Source: Methanotrichaceae archaeon
GTDB lineage: Archaea; Halobacteriota; Methanosarcinia; Methanotrichales; Methanotrichaceae
Direction: 5' to 3'
Assembly: GCA_963748825.1 (NCBI GenBank)
Contig: CAVVKN010000019.1
Location: forward strand, 1 to 26,858
Length of the DNA stretch: 26,858 bases
Shown here: positions 16,210-25,763 of the stretch, in pieces
Numbering within the stretch: the stretch's first letter is position 1
Layout: the number at the start of each line of letters is the position of its first letter
Translations under genes and position numbers: made by a program
Notes under the pieces: model-generated
Databases searched by the model: none
What the model saw: the letters and a program-made list of their open reading frames with translations, nothing else
What the model was told of the DNA's origin: nothing

Positions 16210-18138
16210 ATGTGGAAAGCTGAAGATTCTTTGGAGCTCTACGGGATAGAGAATTGGGGCAATGGCTATTTTTCAATCAATGATAAAGGTAATATTATTA
16301 TATTTCCCAACAAAGACCGGGCTCAGTCGGTTGATGTTATGGACCTCATCGAGGAGATCGAAAAATCCAAAGACCTGGAGTTTCCCGTGCTTCTCCGCTT
16401 TCCTCAAATCCTGGAGAATAGGATCGATGAGATCACAGGCGCATTTTTAGGCTCAATTTCCGAATTCTCCTACAAAGGCACCTATCAGCCCATCTTCCCC
16501 ATGAAGGTCAATCAGAGAAAAGAGGTAATCGAGTACATCATCAAGTACGGAGCCCGTCACGGGATCGGCCTGGAAGTGGGGACGAAGGCAGAGCTACTGG
16601 CAGCGCTATCCCTGGGCCTGCCCAAAGAGGCGCTCCTCATCTGCAACGGCTACAAAGACGAGGACTATCTGCGCCTGGCTCTGAGCATTCATAATGTAAA
16701 TAATATAGTAATTGTCGTAGACCTTTTCGAGGAGATTTTCGATATTCTGAAGTATGCCGAGCTGATGGGCATCACTCCCCGCGTGGGCATGAGAGTCAAG
16801 CTCTTTGCCCGCGGCTCCGGTCGCTGGGTGGAATCAGGTGGCGAGTCGGCCAAGTTCGGCCTGTCCACCAGCGAGGCCTTGGAGCTGATGAAGATACTGC
16901 GGGAAAAGGGCCTATTGGACAGCCTGAAGATGATTCACTTTCACATCGGCTCGCAGATCACAGATATCAGGACCATTAAAAACGCCATGAACGAGGCGGC
17001 GAGAATCTATGCCAAGGTGCGCAAGATGGCCAATATCGAGTACCTGAACGTGGGTGGCGGCCTTTCCGTGGACTACAACGGCTCCAACACGGCCACCCCT
17101 TCCAGCGCCAACTATACTCTCCGCGAGTATGCCAATGATGTGGTCTACACCGTGCAGAAGATCTGCGATGACGAGGATGTCGCATGCCCCACCATAGTCT
17201 CCGAGAGCGGGAGGGCCATTGCCGCCTACCACAGCCTGCTCATCTTCAAGATCATCGGCAAAAAGAATGCCAAAGACTCGCTTCTGCGCACTCCCAAAGA
17301 GGAGGATCCCATTCAGATCGATGATCTGTGCAGCGCTTTCAAGGAGATCAACCTGGACAACTACAAGGAGCACTATCACGATGCTCTGCAGTACAGAGAC
17401 GAGCTTTACGACTCCTTCAACCTGGGCAACATCGGTCTTGAGGAGCGAGCCAAAGGCGAGAATCTCTTCTGGATGGTCTGCAAGAAGGCCGCATTCCTCG
17501 CCAAGCAGGCCGAGGACGAGTCTGATGAGTTTCAAGAGCTCAAGAAGCTGGTCAGCCAGAAGTATATCGGCAACTTCTCCCTCTTCCAGTCTGTGCCGGA
17601 TATGTGGGGTGTGGAGCAGATATTTCCCACCATTCCCCTTCATCGCTTGAACGAGATGCCCAGCGAGAGAGGGCGGATTGTGGATATCACCTGCGACTCG
17701 GACGGGGAGATCAAGCGCTATGCTGGGGACAGCGAGGGTCTGGAGTACCTGGATATGCACACGCTTAAGGAGAAAGAGGACTATTACCTGGGCATCTTCC
17801 TGCTTGGTGCCTACCAGGACACCCTGGGAGACTTCCATAATCTGCTGGGCTGCGCTCATGAGGTGCACGTCATGGCCGATGGCGACGACTGGTACATCTG
17901 CCAGAAGGTGGAGGGCGACACCTGCCGAAAGCTCCTGGACTTCTTCAACTATGAGACCAAGGACTACATCTGGGAGATCATGGACCGGTGCGTGGACAAG
18001 CATCTGTGCATCCCTAAAAAAGAGCTGGAGCAGATCGAAGCACAGCTCAACCGGACGCTGAAGGGCTATACCTACTTCATCACCAAGCCCAACGGGCATG
18101 CCAAGGAGAAAGAGACAGACAAGCTTGCCAGCAAATAA
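16210..18138 (+). CDS. speA: Biosynthetic PLP-dependent arginine decarboxylase (bacterial SpeA type, alanine-racemase fold)
   Basis: 642 aa with YGIENWGNGYF, FPMKVNQ (PLP Lys), GLEVGTKAEL, CNGYKD, HFHIGSQI, VGGGL, SESGRA, NFSLFQSVPD.W, DITCDSDG and GAYQDTLGDFHNL. Confidence 0.95.
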   Translation: MWKAEDSLELYGIENWGNGYFSINDKGNIIIFPNKDRAQSVDVMDLIEEIEKSKDLEFPVLLRFPQILENRIDEITGAFLGSISEFSYKGTYQPIFPMKVNQRKEVIEYIIKYGARHGIGLEVGTKAELLAALSLGLPKEALLICNGYKDEDYLRLALSIHNVNNIVIVVDLFEEIFDILKYAELMGITPRVGMRVKLFARGSGRWVESGGESAKFGLSTSEALELMKILREKGLLDSLKMIHFHIGSQITDIRTIKNAMNEAARIYAKVRKMANIEYLNVGGGLSVDYNGSNTATPSSANYTLREYANDVVYTVQKICDDEDVACPTIVSESGRAIAAYHSLLIFKIIGKKNAKDSLLRTPKEEDPIQIDDLCSAFKEINLDNYKEHYHDALQYRDELYDSFNLGNIGLEERAKGENLFWMVCKKAAFLAKQAEDESDEFQELKKLVSQKYIGNFSLFQSVPDMWGVEQIFPTIPLHRLNEMPSERGRIVDITCDSDGEIKRYAGDSEGLEYLDMHTLKEKEDYYLGIFLLGAYQDTLGDFHNLLGCAHEVHVMADGDDWYICQKVEGDTCRKLLDFFNYETKDYIWEIMDRCVDKHLCIPKKELEQIEAQLNRTLKGYTYFITKPNGHAKEKETDKLASK

Positions 18139-18140
18139 GC

Positions 18141-18422
18141 TTGGAATCAGGGCAGGGGATATCTCAACCCATAATCTGGCAGATATCCGGGGCGCCCATC
18201 TCCGTAAACCCTGACACGTCATATGGCAAGATGCTCATCCGGTCCATTGATGCCAATAGTGGCGTCATCACCATGGACAACAAGGACAATGCCATGACTC
18301 TCAACAGGAACCGGGATGTATCACTGTTTCCGGGGATAGGCCTCAAGACGGCGGACAACGATAGCTTGAGATTCTTCATCTACAAGCAGATCGATCTAAA
18401 AAATTTGAGGCTTAGAGCTTAG
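18141..18422 (+). pseudogene. Isolated C-terminal fragment of a Methanosarcinales S-layer (DUF1608-like) domain
   Basis: IWQIS..YGKM.I.SID..ITMDNKDN.MTL.RN.DV.L..I.LKTAD..LRFFIYK. No signal peptide and no N-terminal part of the domain. Confidence 0.6.
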
Positions 18423-18982
18423 AGCCCTGAGGCGCTGGCCAGCTCCAGGCTTTTGCTTCTATCATTGTTGCCTTCGACAAGAGCCACAATGCTTCCTGTA
18501 TTCCAGAGGTAGAGATATCTGATGCTGTTATCTCCTCGAATGTCCTTTATCTCTAGAGTCTCATGGCCGTTAATTGTGGCATTGCCGAATATGGGCAACT
18601 TCCGAGCCAATTGTTCCTGGTATGTCTTCTGGGATTTGAAGTTGGAGACGGCAGCCTTGGCGTGCTCCTCATCGGAAAGCTGGATCAGGGTGATCTTGGC
18701 ATCGTAGTTCTCGCCGGGCTTGCCCCACTGGTATATGCCCACAGAGGTACTGGCCGGGCCAATGTCCTCAGATCCGTAGAATTCCTTAATGTAATCGGTC
18801 ATATTCACACTGCTGTCCATCTCGGGCAGAGCCGCCAGCAGCTTGAAGCCATCTGGCAGATTCTCCTTTGGCACCGCAGGATTCGCAGTCGATGCTCCCG
18901 TCGGGTCATTCGCCAGGCAGCCGGCGCTTGACGCCAGCACCAGCGATATGAATAGTAGGCAAATTATGTTCTTCGATCTCAT
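18419..18982 (-). CDS. Putative lipoprotein / secreted protein of unknown function
   Basis: MRSK, a hydrophobic stretch and an SAGC lipobox-like motif; 187 aa. Confidence 0.7.
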   Translation of the reverse strand: MRSKNIICLLFISLVLASSAGCLANDPTGASTANPAVPKENLPDGFKLLAALPEMDSSVNMTDYIKEFYGSEDIGPASTSVGIYQWGKPGENYDAKITLIQLSDEEHAKAAVSNFKSQKTYQEQLARKLPIFGNATINGHETLEIKDIRGDNSIRYLYLWNTGSIVALVEGNNDRSKSLELASASGL

Positions 18983-19166
18983 GGATGGCCATATCGTATT
19001 TTCAAGTCCATAAGCTTTGTGAGCCGAAAAGGCAGTTCGACATTTGCCTTTCTCGCCCCAGAGATGGAAAGTCCAGCCGGAAATATATATTCGAAAATTT
19101 CAGATGCATTTCTTTAATCCGCTGCCCGCCCAGCCTTTTGCATCAAATCATATGCATAGGGTCCTC

Positions 19167-21050
19167 TTATTTGTCTTTCTCAGAAGGCAGGTACTTTCTC
19201 AATGTGCTGTCCAGCTCGTCCATCTTCACAGGTTTGCTGATGTAGTCATCCATTCCGGCCTCAAGACATTTTTCTCTATCGCCTTCAAGGGCATAAGCTG
19301 TAACGGCGATAATTTTGGGCTGCTGTGAAGCCAGCCAGAGCTTTCGAATTTGCCTGGTTGCTTCCAGGCCGCTTAACTCCGGCATCCGAACATCCATGAG
19401 AATTACATCGTATTTCTGGCGCTGTAGAGCTTGCAGAACCTCAAAGCCGTTGGCTGCTACATCAGCACGGTAGCCAAGACGCTTGAGCATTTCAAGAACA
19501 ACCTTCTGATTCAATAAATTGTCTTCTGCAAGCAAGATGTGCAGACGGCTAGGGGCAACAATGTTAGGCATCGGTTCAGAGATGGGGTGCCTCTCGAATT
19601 GTATTTGGGGTTCATTTCCCATCATTTGCTCGCTGAAAACGGCCTTGGTACTGATGGTGAAATAGAAGGTCGATCCCTTGCCGGGCTCGCTCTTGACCCA
19701 GATCTTTCCCCCCATAAGCTCTACAAGCTTCTTGCTTATGGCCAGGCCCAGGCCCGTGCCGCCATACCTGCGTGTGGTCGAGGCATCTATCTGGCTAAAA
19801 GGCAAAAATAGCTTGTCCAATTCATCCTCAGCAATTCCAATGCCGCTGTCCAGTACTGCGAACAGAATATCCAAGCTCTTTTCCGATTTTTGGCTGGAAA
19901 CAGAGACGGTGATCTCCCCCGAATCTGAGAACTTAACGGCATTATTCAGCAAGTTTCCCAGGATCTGGCGCAGCCTTATCGGATCGCTGAAAATCCTTTC
20001 CGGAGTGCCGTGAATAATTTTATATGACAGGTTCAAGCCTTTCCTTCTGGCATCAGCGGATACCAGATCCAAAGATTCCTGAATGCAGAGGCGCAGGTCG
20101 AAAAGCTGCTCCTCGAGAGCTGCCTTTTTCTCCTCCATCACGGAAAAATCCAAAATATCGTTTATAATAACCATTAGAGCTTCGCCGCTGCTCCTTATAA
20201 TATCCACAAATTCCATCTGCTCGGACGAAAGTTTCTCATCTAAGAGCAGGCTGGTCATGCCTATGACGGCGTTCATGGGAGTTCGTATCTCGTGGCTCAT
20301 GTTCGCCATGAATTCCGACTTTATGCGTGTGGCTGCCTCGGCAACATCTTTTGCCTTCAATAGCTCTTCATTCGCCTTAACCAGCTGGTGGGTTCTCATC
20401 TGGACTCGCTCTTCCAGCTCGTCCCCGATCCGGCGAAGCTCCTCTTCCATCTGCTTGCGCCTGGTTATGTCGATGACGGCCATCCGAAAATCGTGGTTGG
20501 CGCTTCCAGATATGGCCCGGCCCTCGATCAAAGCCCAACGATTATCTCTCTCTTTTGTTCCATTGCCGAACAGACGGACCTCTGCAATCTCTTTTGCATC
20601 CGACGCTATCACGCGACTGCAAAAAGCATTGAACTTGGAAAGGCTATCATCTGCCAGATAAGCCTGGAACAGATTGTTTAACAGGTGCGATCGCTGTGTT
20701 CCCAGAAGAGTGGCGGCGGCCAGATTTGCCTCACGAATCTGCCCGGAGGGCTCTACCGTCAGGTAGCCGATGGGTGCGAACTCATAGAGGTCCCGATACT
20801 TCTCCTCGGATGCAGCAAGTTCTGCTGTTATCCTCTGCAGCTCCTCGTTTTGCATCTGCAGCTCGACCTGGCTCACCTCAAGCTCATGGCAGAGCGCTCG
20901 TACGTCCATCTCGGAAAGGCAGGCAGAGCGACTATTCTTTCTTACCTCTTCCTCAGCTCGACGTCTCAGCGCAGGATCCGTAGGAAATGTCTTGTTCGTT
21001 TGCATGTTCAAGAATCCGTTTTCATTTGTTTTCAGATGGCAAGCAGGCAT
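19167..21050 (-). CDS. Cytoplasmic PAS-domain hybrid histidine kinase with C-terminal receiver
   Basis: Coiled coil, PAS ([17 protein letters not shown]), H-box [15 protein letters not shown] box [22 protein letters not shown] and [13 protein letters not shown]. The ATG abuts the upstream TAG. Confidence 0.93.
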   Translation of the reverse strand: MPACHLKTNENGFLNMQTNKTFPTDPALRRRAEEEVRKNSRSACLSEMDVRALCHELEVSQVELQMQNEELQRITAELAASEEKYRDLYEFAPIGYLTVEPSGQIREANLAAATLLGTQRSHLLNNLFQAYLADDSLSKFNAFCSRVIASDAKEIAEVRLFGNGTKERDNRWALIEGRAISGSANHDFRMAVIDITRRKQMEEELRRIGDELEERVQMRTHQLVKANEELLKAKDVAEAATRIKSEFMANMSHEIRTPMNAVIGMTSLLLDEKLSSEQMEFVDIIRSSGEALMVIINDILDFSVMEEKKAALEEQLFDLRLCIQESLDLVSADARRKGLNLSYKIIHGTPERIFSDPIRLRQILGNLLNNAVKFSDSGEITVSVSSQKSEKSLDILFAVLDSGIGIAEDELDKLFLPFSQIDASTTRRYGGTGLGLAISKKLVELMGGKIWVKSEPGKGSTFYFTISTKAVFSEQMMGNEPQIQFERHPISEPMPNIVAPSRLHILLAEDNLLNQKVVLEMLKRLGYRADVAANGFEVLQALQRQKYDVILMDVRMPELSGLEATRQIRKLWLASQQPKIIAVTAYALEGDREKCLEAGMDDYISKPVKMDELDSTLRKYLPSEKDK

Positions 21051-24035
21051 CTAAAGCCTCTTGAAGGTGACGTCTTCCATGGCAAGGAGGATCAGGTCCT
21101 CTTTTTCCATCCTCCGGGCATTGAGACGCATGATGCGCCTCCCTATCTCAGGGAAATCGTGCTCCACCTCATAGCTTTCAAATACAGTGTTCTTGGGCAA
21201 GATGTCCTCAAGAAGCCGGTGCAACCCTGGAATATCCCACTGGTAATTTCCCAAAGCATAGATAAGTTTTCCCTCAGTCTCCTGAGGGGTCACACGAAAG
21301 GCCTCATAGAAGGAGCGGTTAGCTGAGACAACTTGCATGCCGGAGTTCAGCACCAGGAGTGGTTCCCGTACGGTCTCAACTATGCTCTGTGCGTAGCTTT
21401 TTGCCCCTCGGAGGGTCTCCTCCAGCTCTTTGATCGCTGAGATGTCATTGAATGTGACAGCTACCCCGTTGATCCGGTTCTCAGAGGTGCGGTAGGGCAT
21501 GACGCGCATCTGAAACCACATCCCTTCGGTTGTTTCCACCTGTCTCTCTTTAAACTGCAGGGTATCCAGCACCTCCCGCACATCATTTACAAAAAATCCA
21601 TCTTTCAGGTTTACATTAAGGTCGGTTATGGACCGGCCGACATCGTTGCCAATCAGGCTGATGATGGGCTTTATGGCATCAGTGAACCGCCGCACTCGAA
21701 GGCTGCTATCCAGGAATAGCATGGGGATCTTTGTGGTGCGTAGCAAGTTTCGCATGTCGTCATGACTCTGGGAGAAGGCCTCGATCTTGGCCTGAAGCTC
21801 TGCGTTCACGGTGAGAAGCTCCTCGTTTAAGGACTGGAGCTCCTCTTTGCTGGTGGTCAGCTCCTCGTTAGTACTCTGAAGCTCCTCATTGGTAGACTGG
21901 AGCTCCTCATTCATGGAGGTCATCTCCTCCTGGGAGGATTGCCTCTCCTCTGCCGCGCGCTGAAGCTCTGCCCTTCCCACGGCGAGCTCTCTCTCCAATT
22001 CCTCAAACCGAGTATCCTGCAAAGAATCGGCCCCGCTAGGCTTTTCCTTTTCCAGTTGAATCTGGGTAGGCTTTTGCTGCAGGACATCTTCGAAGACTAC
22101 CAAGAAAATATCTGCCCGCCCCGTGTGTTTTAGGATCGGCTGCACAGTCAGGCGTACATGCAGTGTGCCGTCCTCCGTGGTCATGGCCGTATTTTCGCTA
22201 GCGACCTTGCGCTTCTCAGAAGCAGCGGTTCGGAGAAGAGAGATAAGCGAATATCGCAGACCTTCTCTCGCCATGGCGAAGATGTTCAGGTTCGCCTTCC
22301 CAGGCGAGGGTTCCAGATATTTTCCGGTCCTGCCGTGAAAGTATACGATATCGCCGTCTTCTGTGATTATGACCGCAGGAGGAGCATACATCTCAAGCAG
22401 TTGATTCTGGGCGATGGTGGTAAGGGAATGCACTCTCGCTGTAGCCGAAAAGTCCCCTCTAATTTCGTGTGCATCTGGCCTGGCAGCAAACACAAAGGGC
22501 AGATCATGCTGCCCTGCCCTGCTCGGGGAATCCCTCCTCAGGAAGATCTTCCAATTGCTTTCCACAGTACTGAAAAGATCGTTATAGCCGCCGATCGACT
22601 CGGCACTTCCCAGGAATAGGATTCCACCCGGATTCAATGCATAGTGAAAGAGTAGTATGAGCCTTCTTTGCAGCTCAGGGGAGAGGTAAATGAAAAGGTT
22701 TCTGCAGGAGATGATGTCCAGGTGGGTGTAAGGGGGGTCACGGATGACATTTTGCGGGGCGAAGATTACGGATTCTCGCAGGTGAGGGCGAATGCGATAG
22801 GTCCCATTCTCCTTTATGAAGAATTTCTCCAACCGGGCTGTTGAGACATCTGCCTCGATATTTGCCGGATATCTGCCCCGGCGGGCAATATCGATGGCCT
22901 CCCTCTCCGTGTCCGTGGCGAAGATCTGGAACTGAATCTCTCCGGTTCGGCCCAGATTTTCCAGATATTCCTGGAGCATGATGGCCATGGAGTAGGCCTC
23001 CTCTCCCGTCGAGCAGCCCACAACCCAGATGCGTAGCAAGCTGCCCGGCGGGCGGGACGAGATCAGTTCGGGCAGAGCCTTTTCCAACATAGCATCCCAG
23101 GCCCCGGTGTCCCGGAAGAACCGCGTCACTCCGATGAGCAGTTCCTTAGAAAGGATCTCTATCTCGGACGGATTCTCCTGAAGGTAGCGGATGTAGTCGT
23201 CCATACCGGTAAGCTGGTGCAGTCCCATCCGGCGCTCGATTCTCCGAATGATGGTGCTCCGCTTGTACAGGCTGAAATCCTGGCCGGTGTGAGTGCGAAT
23301 GAGAACGAAGATCTTGGCCAGGCTGTTCTCCAGCAGGGGGGTCACAGAAGCATGCCGCTCACGTAGCTGCATATTGACCTCGACGTATTCGGACAGCAGC
23401 CGGGAAAGATCCATAGGCGAAGCGATGTAATCCACAAGGCCGGTAGCGATCGCGCTCTCTGGCATGGCTGCAAATTTGCTGGATGCCGGCTCCTGGGCCA
23501 TGACCATTCCGGTACGCTCTTTCAAGGCGCGGATGCCGAGCGTTCCATCGCTGCCCATGCCCGAGAGAATGATGCCCACGGCCTTTCCATCCTGGTCCTC
23601 GGCGAGGTGCCGAAAGAATGTATCAATGGACGTCTTCGCCCCAAAGGTCGTGGTTGATTTGAGCAGTATGAAGGTGCCCTTGAGTATGGAGAGATCGGCT
23701 CCGGGAGGCTTAATGTATACGGTATCCGGTCGGGCTTGCATACCGTTATCCTCGATCTCCACCACAGGCATCTGGGTGTACCTCTGCAGGATCTCAGGGA
23801 GGAGGCTGGGCTGGTCCGGGTCCTGGTGCTGGACGACAACGAAGGCCATGCCTCTTCTTACCGGCATGTGCTCGAAGAATTCCTCTAATGCCTCCAGCCC
23901 TCCGGCCGAGGCTCCAATGCCGACGAATGCGAGAGGGGAGTTATCCGGCACAGCGAACTCGATGTCCGGACTCTTGCTATCCTCGTTTTTCTCCAGCTTA
24001 CCGTTTGGCTCGTCGGATGCATTCTTTTCAGCCAT
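21051..24035 (-). CDS. CheB methylesterase-CheR methyltransferase fusion with coiled coil and PAS domains
   Basis: CheB motifs GIGASAGG, VVQH and LSGMGSDG. CheR motifs VTRFFRD, WVVGCSTGEEAYS and CRNLFIY. Heptad repeats EELQSTN and PAS domains follow. ATG at 24035 is preferred. Confidence 0.93.
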   Translation of the reverse strand: MAEKNASDEPNGKLEKNEDSKSPDIEFAVPDNSPLAFVGIGASAGGLEALEEFFEHMPVRRGMAFVVVQHQDPDQPSLLPEILQRYTQMPVVEIEDNGMQARPDTVYIKPPGADLSILKGTFILLKSTTTFGAKTSIDTFFRHLAEDQDGKAVGIILSGMGSDGTLGIRALKERTGMVMAQEPASSKFAAMPESAIATGLVDYIASPMDLSRLLSEYVEVNMQLRERHASVTPLLENSLAKIFVLIRTHTGQDFSLYKRSTIIRRIERRMGLHQLTGMDDYIRYLQENPSEIEILSKELLIGVTRFFRDTGAWDAMLEKALPELISSRPPGSLLRIWVVGCSTGEEAYSMAIMLQEYLENLGRTGEIQFQIFATDTEREAIDIARRGRYPANIEADVSTARLEKFFIKENGTYRIRPHLRESVIFAPQNVIRDPPYTHLDIISCRNLFIYLSPELQRRLILLFHYALNPGGILFLGSAESIGGYNDLFSTVESNWKIFLRRDSPSRAGQHDLPFVFAARPDAHEIRGDFSATARVHSLTTIAQNQLLEMYAPPAVIITEDGDIVYFHGRTGKYLEPSPGKANLNIFAMAREGLRYSLISLLRTAASEKRKVASENTAMTTEDGTLHVRLTVQPILKHTGRADIFLVVFEDVLQQKPTQIQLEKEKPSGADSLQDTRFEELERELAVGRAELQRAAEERQSSQEEMTSMNEELQSTNEELQSTNEELTTSKEELQSLNEELLTVNAELQAKIEAFSQSHDDMRNLLRTTKIPMLFLDSSLRVRRFTDAIKPIISLIGNDVGRSITDLNVNLKDGFFVNDVREVLDTLQFKERQVETTEGMWFQMRVMPYRTSENRINGVAVTFNDISAIKELEETLRGAKSYAQSIVETVREPLLVLNSGMQVVSANRSFYEAFRVTPQETEGKLIYALGNYQWDIPGLHRLLEDILPKNTVFESYEVEHDFPEIGRRIMRLNARRMEKEDLILLAMEDVTFKRL
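21818..21930 (-). repeat. Imperfect 21-bp (heptad-coding) tandem repeat inside the CheBR gene
   Basis: GCTCCTC recurs on the plus strand at 21818, 21839, 21860, 21881 and 21902, with a variant at 21923. Confidence 0.8.
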
Positions 24036-24236
24036 GGTGCCCCTCACACCATTCGTTCCTGAGGTCAGGCCCACTTTTCATTCTCTCTCCCATAATTGCT
24101 GAGAAAGGATATGATTATTATGTATATAATTCTCTCGGACAGGGCTAAGAAATGGCTGCTTATTAAAGAAGTTCTGCTAGAATTTACAATTCCCAAATAT
24201 TGGCAAACAAAAAAGAGGTTCTTGATGCAGACATAT

Positions 24237-24743
24237 CTAATTTTTTAAGTAATGGTTTTGCTTAAAAGGCAAAATAGGTTTTCCTCTCTTCGGCAGAGAG
24301 TCAAGGGTCTTAAACGCCTCTGCATGCGATCGCATAAATGCAGTTTGCCTCTCAAGGATTCGTACATGTTTGCTCAATATTTTGGCCAGATCATTCATCT
24401 TCACGGGCTTTGGTATGAAGTCATTCATTCCCGCTTCAAGACATGTTTCTCTGCTGTTAGGAAGAATAAAAGCAGTAAGTGCTATGATCTTTGGCTGGAC
24501 CGAGGGAGGACAGAGCTCCCGAATCAGTCGAGTTGCCTGTAAGCCGTCCATCTCCGGCATCCTCAAGTTCATCAAAATTATATCATAATGCTGACGTTTC
24601 AAGGCCAGTAGCGCCTCTCTGCCATTAGATACGGCATCGGCTCGGTAGCCCAAATGTTTGAGTATGGCAGAGGTTACTTTCCGGTTTGATTCGTCATCTT
24701 CCGCAATCAAGATGCTCGCAGAACTAAAGGCTTTTTCTGACAT
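24237..24743 (-). CDS. Single-domain response regulator-like protein; phospho-acceptor Asp replaced by Asn
   Basis: ILIAEDD, YDIILMNLRMPEMDG, IIALTA and FIPKP. Confidence 0.88.
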   Translation of the reverse strand: MSEKAFSSASILIAEDDESNRKVTSAILKHLGYRADAVSNGREALLALKRQHYDIILMNLRMPEMDGLQATRLIRELCPPSVQPKIIALTAFILPNSRETCLEAGMNDFIPKPVKMNDLAKILSKHVRILERQTAFMRSHAEAFKTLDSLPKRGKPILPFKQNHYLKN

Positions 24744-25023
24744 TAACGCCTACTTCCAATAACTTATAATTCCCATTCTCGTTTAGCTGGTGCTCTTCAT
24801 ATTTTTGGATTTTCCAGATAAATCTGTACTTATTAGATAATATCTTTCAATGATATTTATAACTTTGCTTACAATTAAAATTGGTAGAATACGTTATTAA
24901 CAAACAAATAATTACAGTGTGATGGTTGGACCTGAATTTTATATTATCACCATCACAAAGACACCAAAGCGCAAAGGATGCAAAAAGGTGATCTTTGCCC
25001 AGTTCCCTTCACTCCCTACCAAC

Positions 25024-25762
25024 CTAAAGCTGCAGCACCAGATCGTCCTCTCCCACCACAATTCCTGGAAAGTCCCCTACCGTCGCCACAGCCTCACGCC
25101 TCATTTGCAGGCTCGTGTACCGTCCTGCATCGAAGTGGGTGAGGGCCAGCCGTTTGGCTTTCGCCTGCCGGGCGATGTCTGCGGCATCTTCCGGATTGAG
25201 GTGCGGCCACGCCGGGTTCTCTTCGCCGGGCAGGTGGGCGCATTCCGCAATGAGCAGGTCGGCATCCGCAGCCAGGAGCACGGCGTTCTCGCATACGCCC
25301 GTGTCCGGGCAGTAGGTGATGATCTTGCCGTCCAGATCGAAGCGATAGCCCAGGCAGGGCGAGGCGTGCACCAGGAAGCGGCAGTCCAGGGCGAAGGGCA
25401 GCTTGTAGGGCCCCGGAGAAAGCTCGCGCACCTCCACCGGGTAGGGCAGCTTGTCCAGGGGAACGGTGAAGGGCTCGTTGATAATAGTATTGAGGGCCTG
25501 CTTCGGTGCCCTTCTGGCCGAAGATGGTGAGGCTTTTGAAGCGGAACTTGCTGAGGACGTGCAGCCCCTCGATGTGGTCGAGGTGGAAGTGGCTTAAGAA
25601 GAGAAAGACGGGCAGGTCGTCCTTGATGTAGCGGTCCGCTTTGTAGAGGCCGTTTCCGGCGTCCAGGATGATGTGGTACTTGTCGGAGTTGATGAGGGTG
25701 CAGATGGTGTTGCCGGTGGGGCTGTCGTACCAGCCGTTGGTGCCGAGAAAGATGACTTGCAT
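25024..25762 (-). CDS. Metallo-beta-lactamase-fold hydrolase (RNase Z/BN-like), interrupted by a 1-nt insertion near 25504
   Basis: MQVIFLGTNG, ILDAGNG and SHFHLDHIEG. After the shift the frame continues KQALNTIINEPF..HASPCLGYR..YCPDT..ADLLIAEC..HLNP..LALTHF. Confidence 0.85.
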
Positions 25763-25763
25763 G

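Noticed and set aside
16912-18222. 436-aa minus-strand ORF opposite speA
   Set aside because: Antisense shadow produced by codon bias; no domain features.
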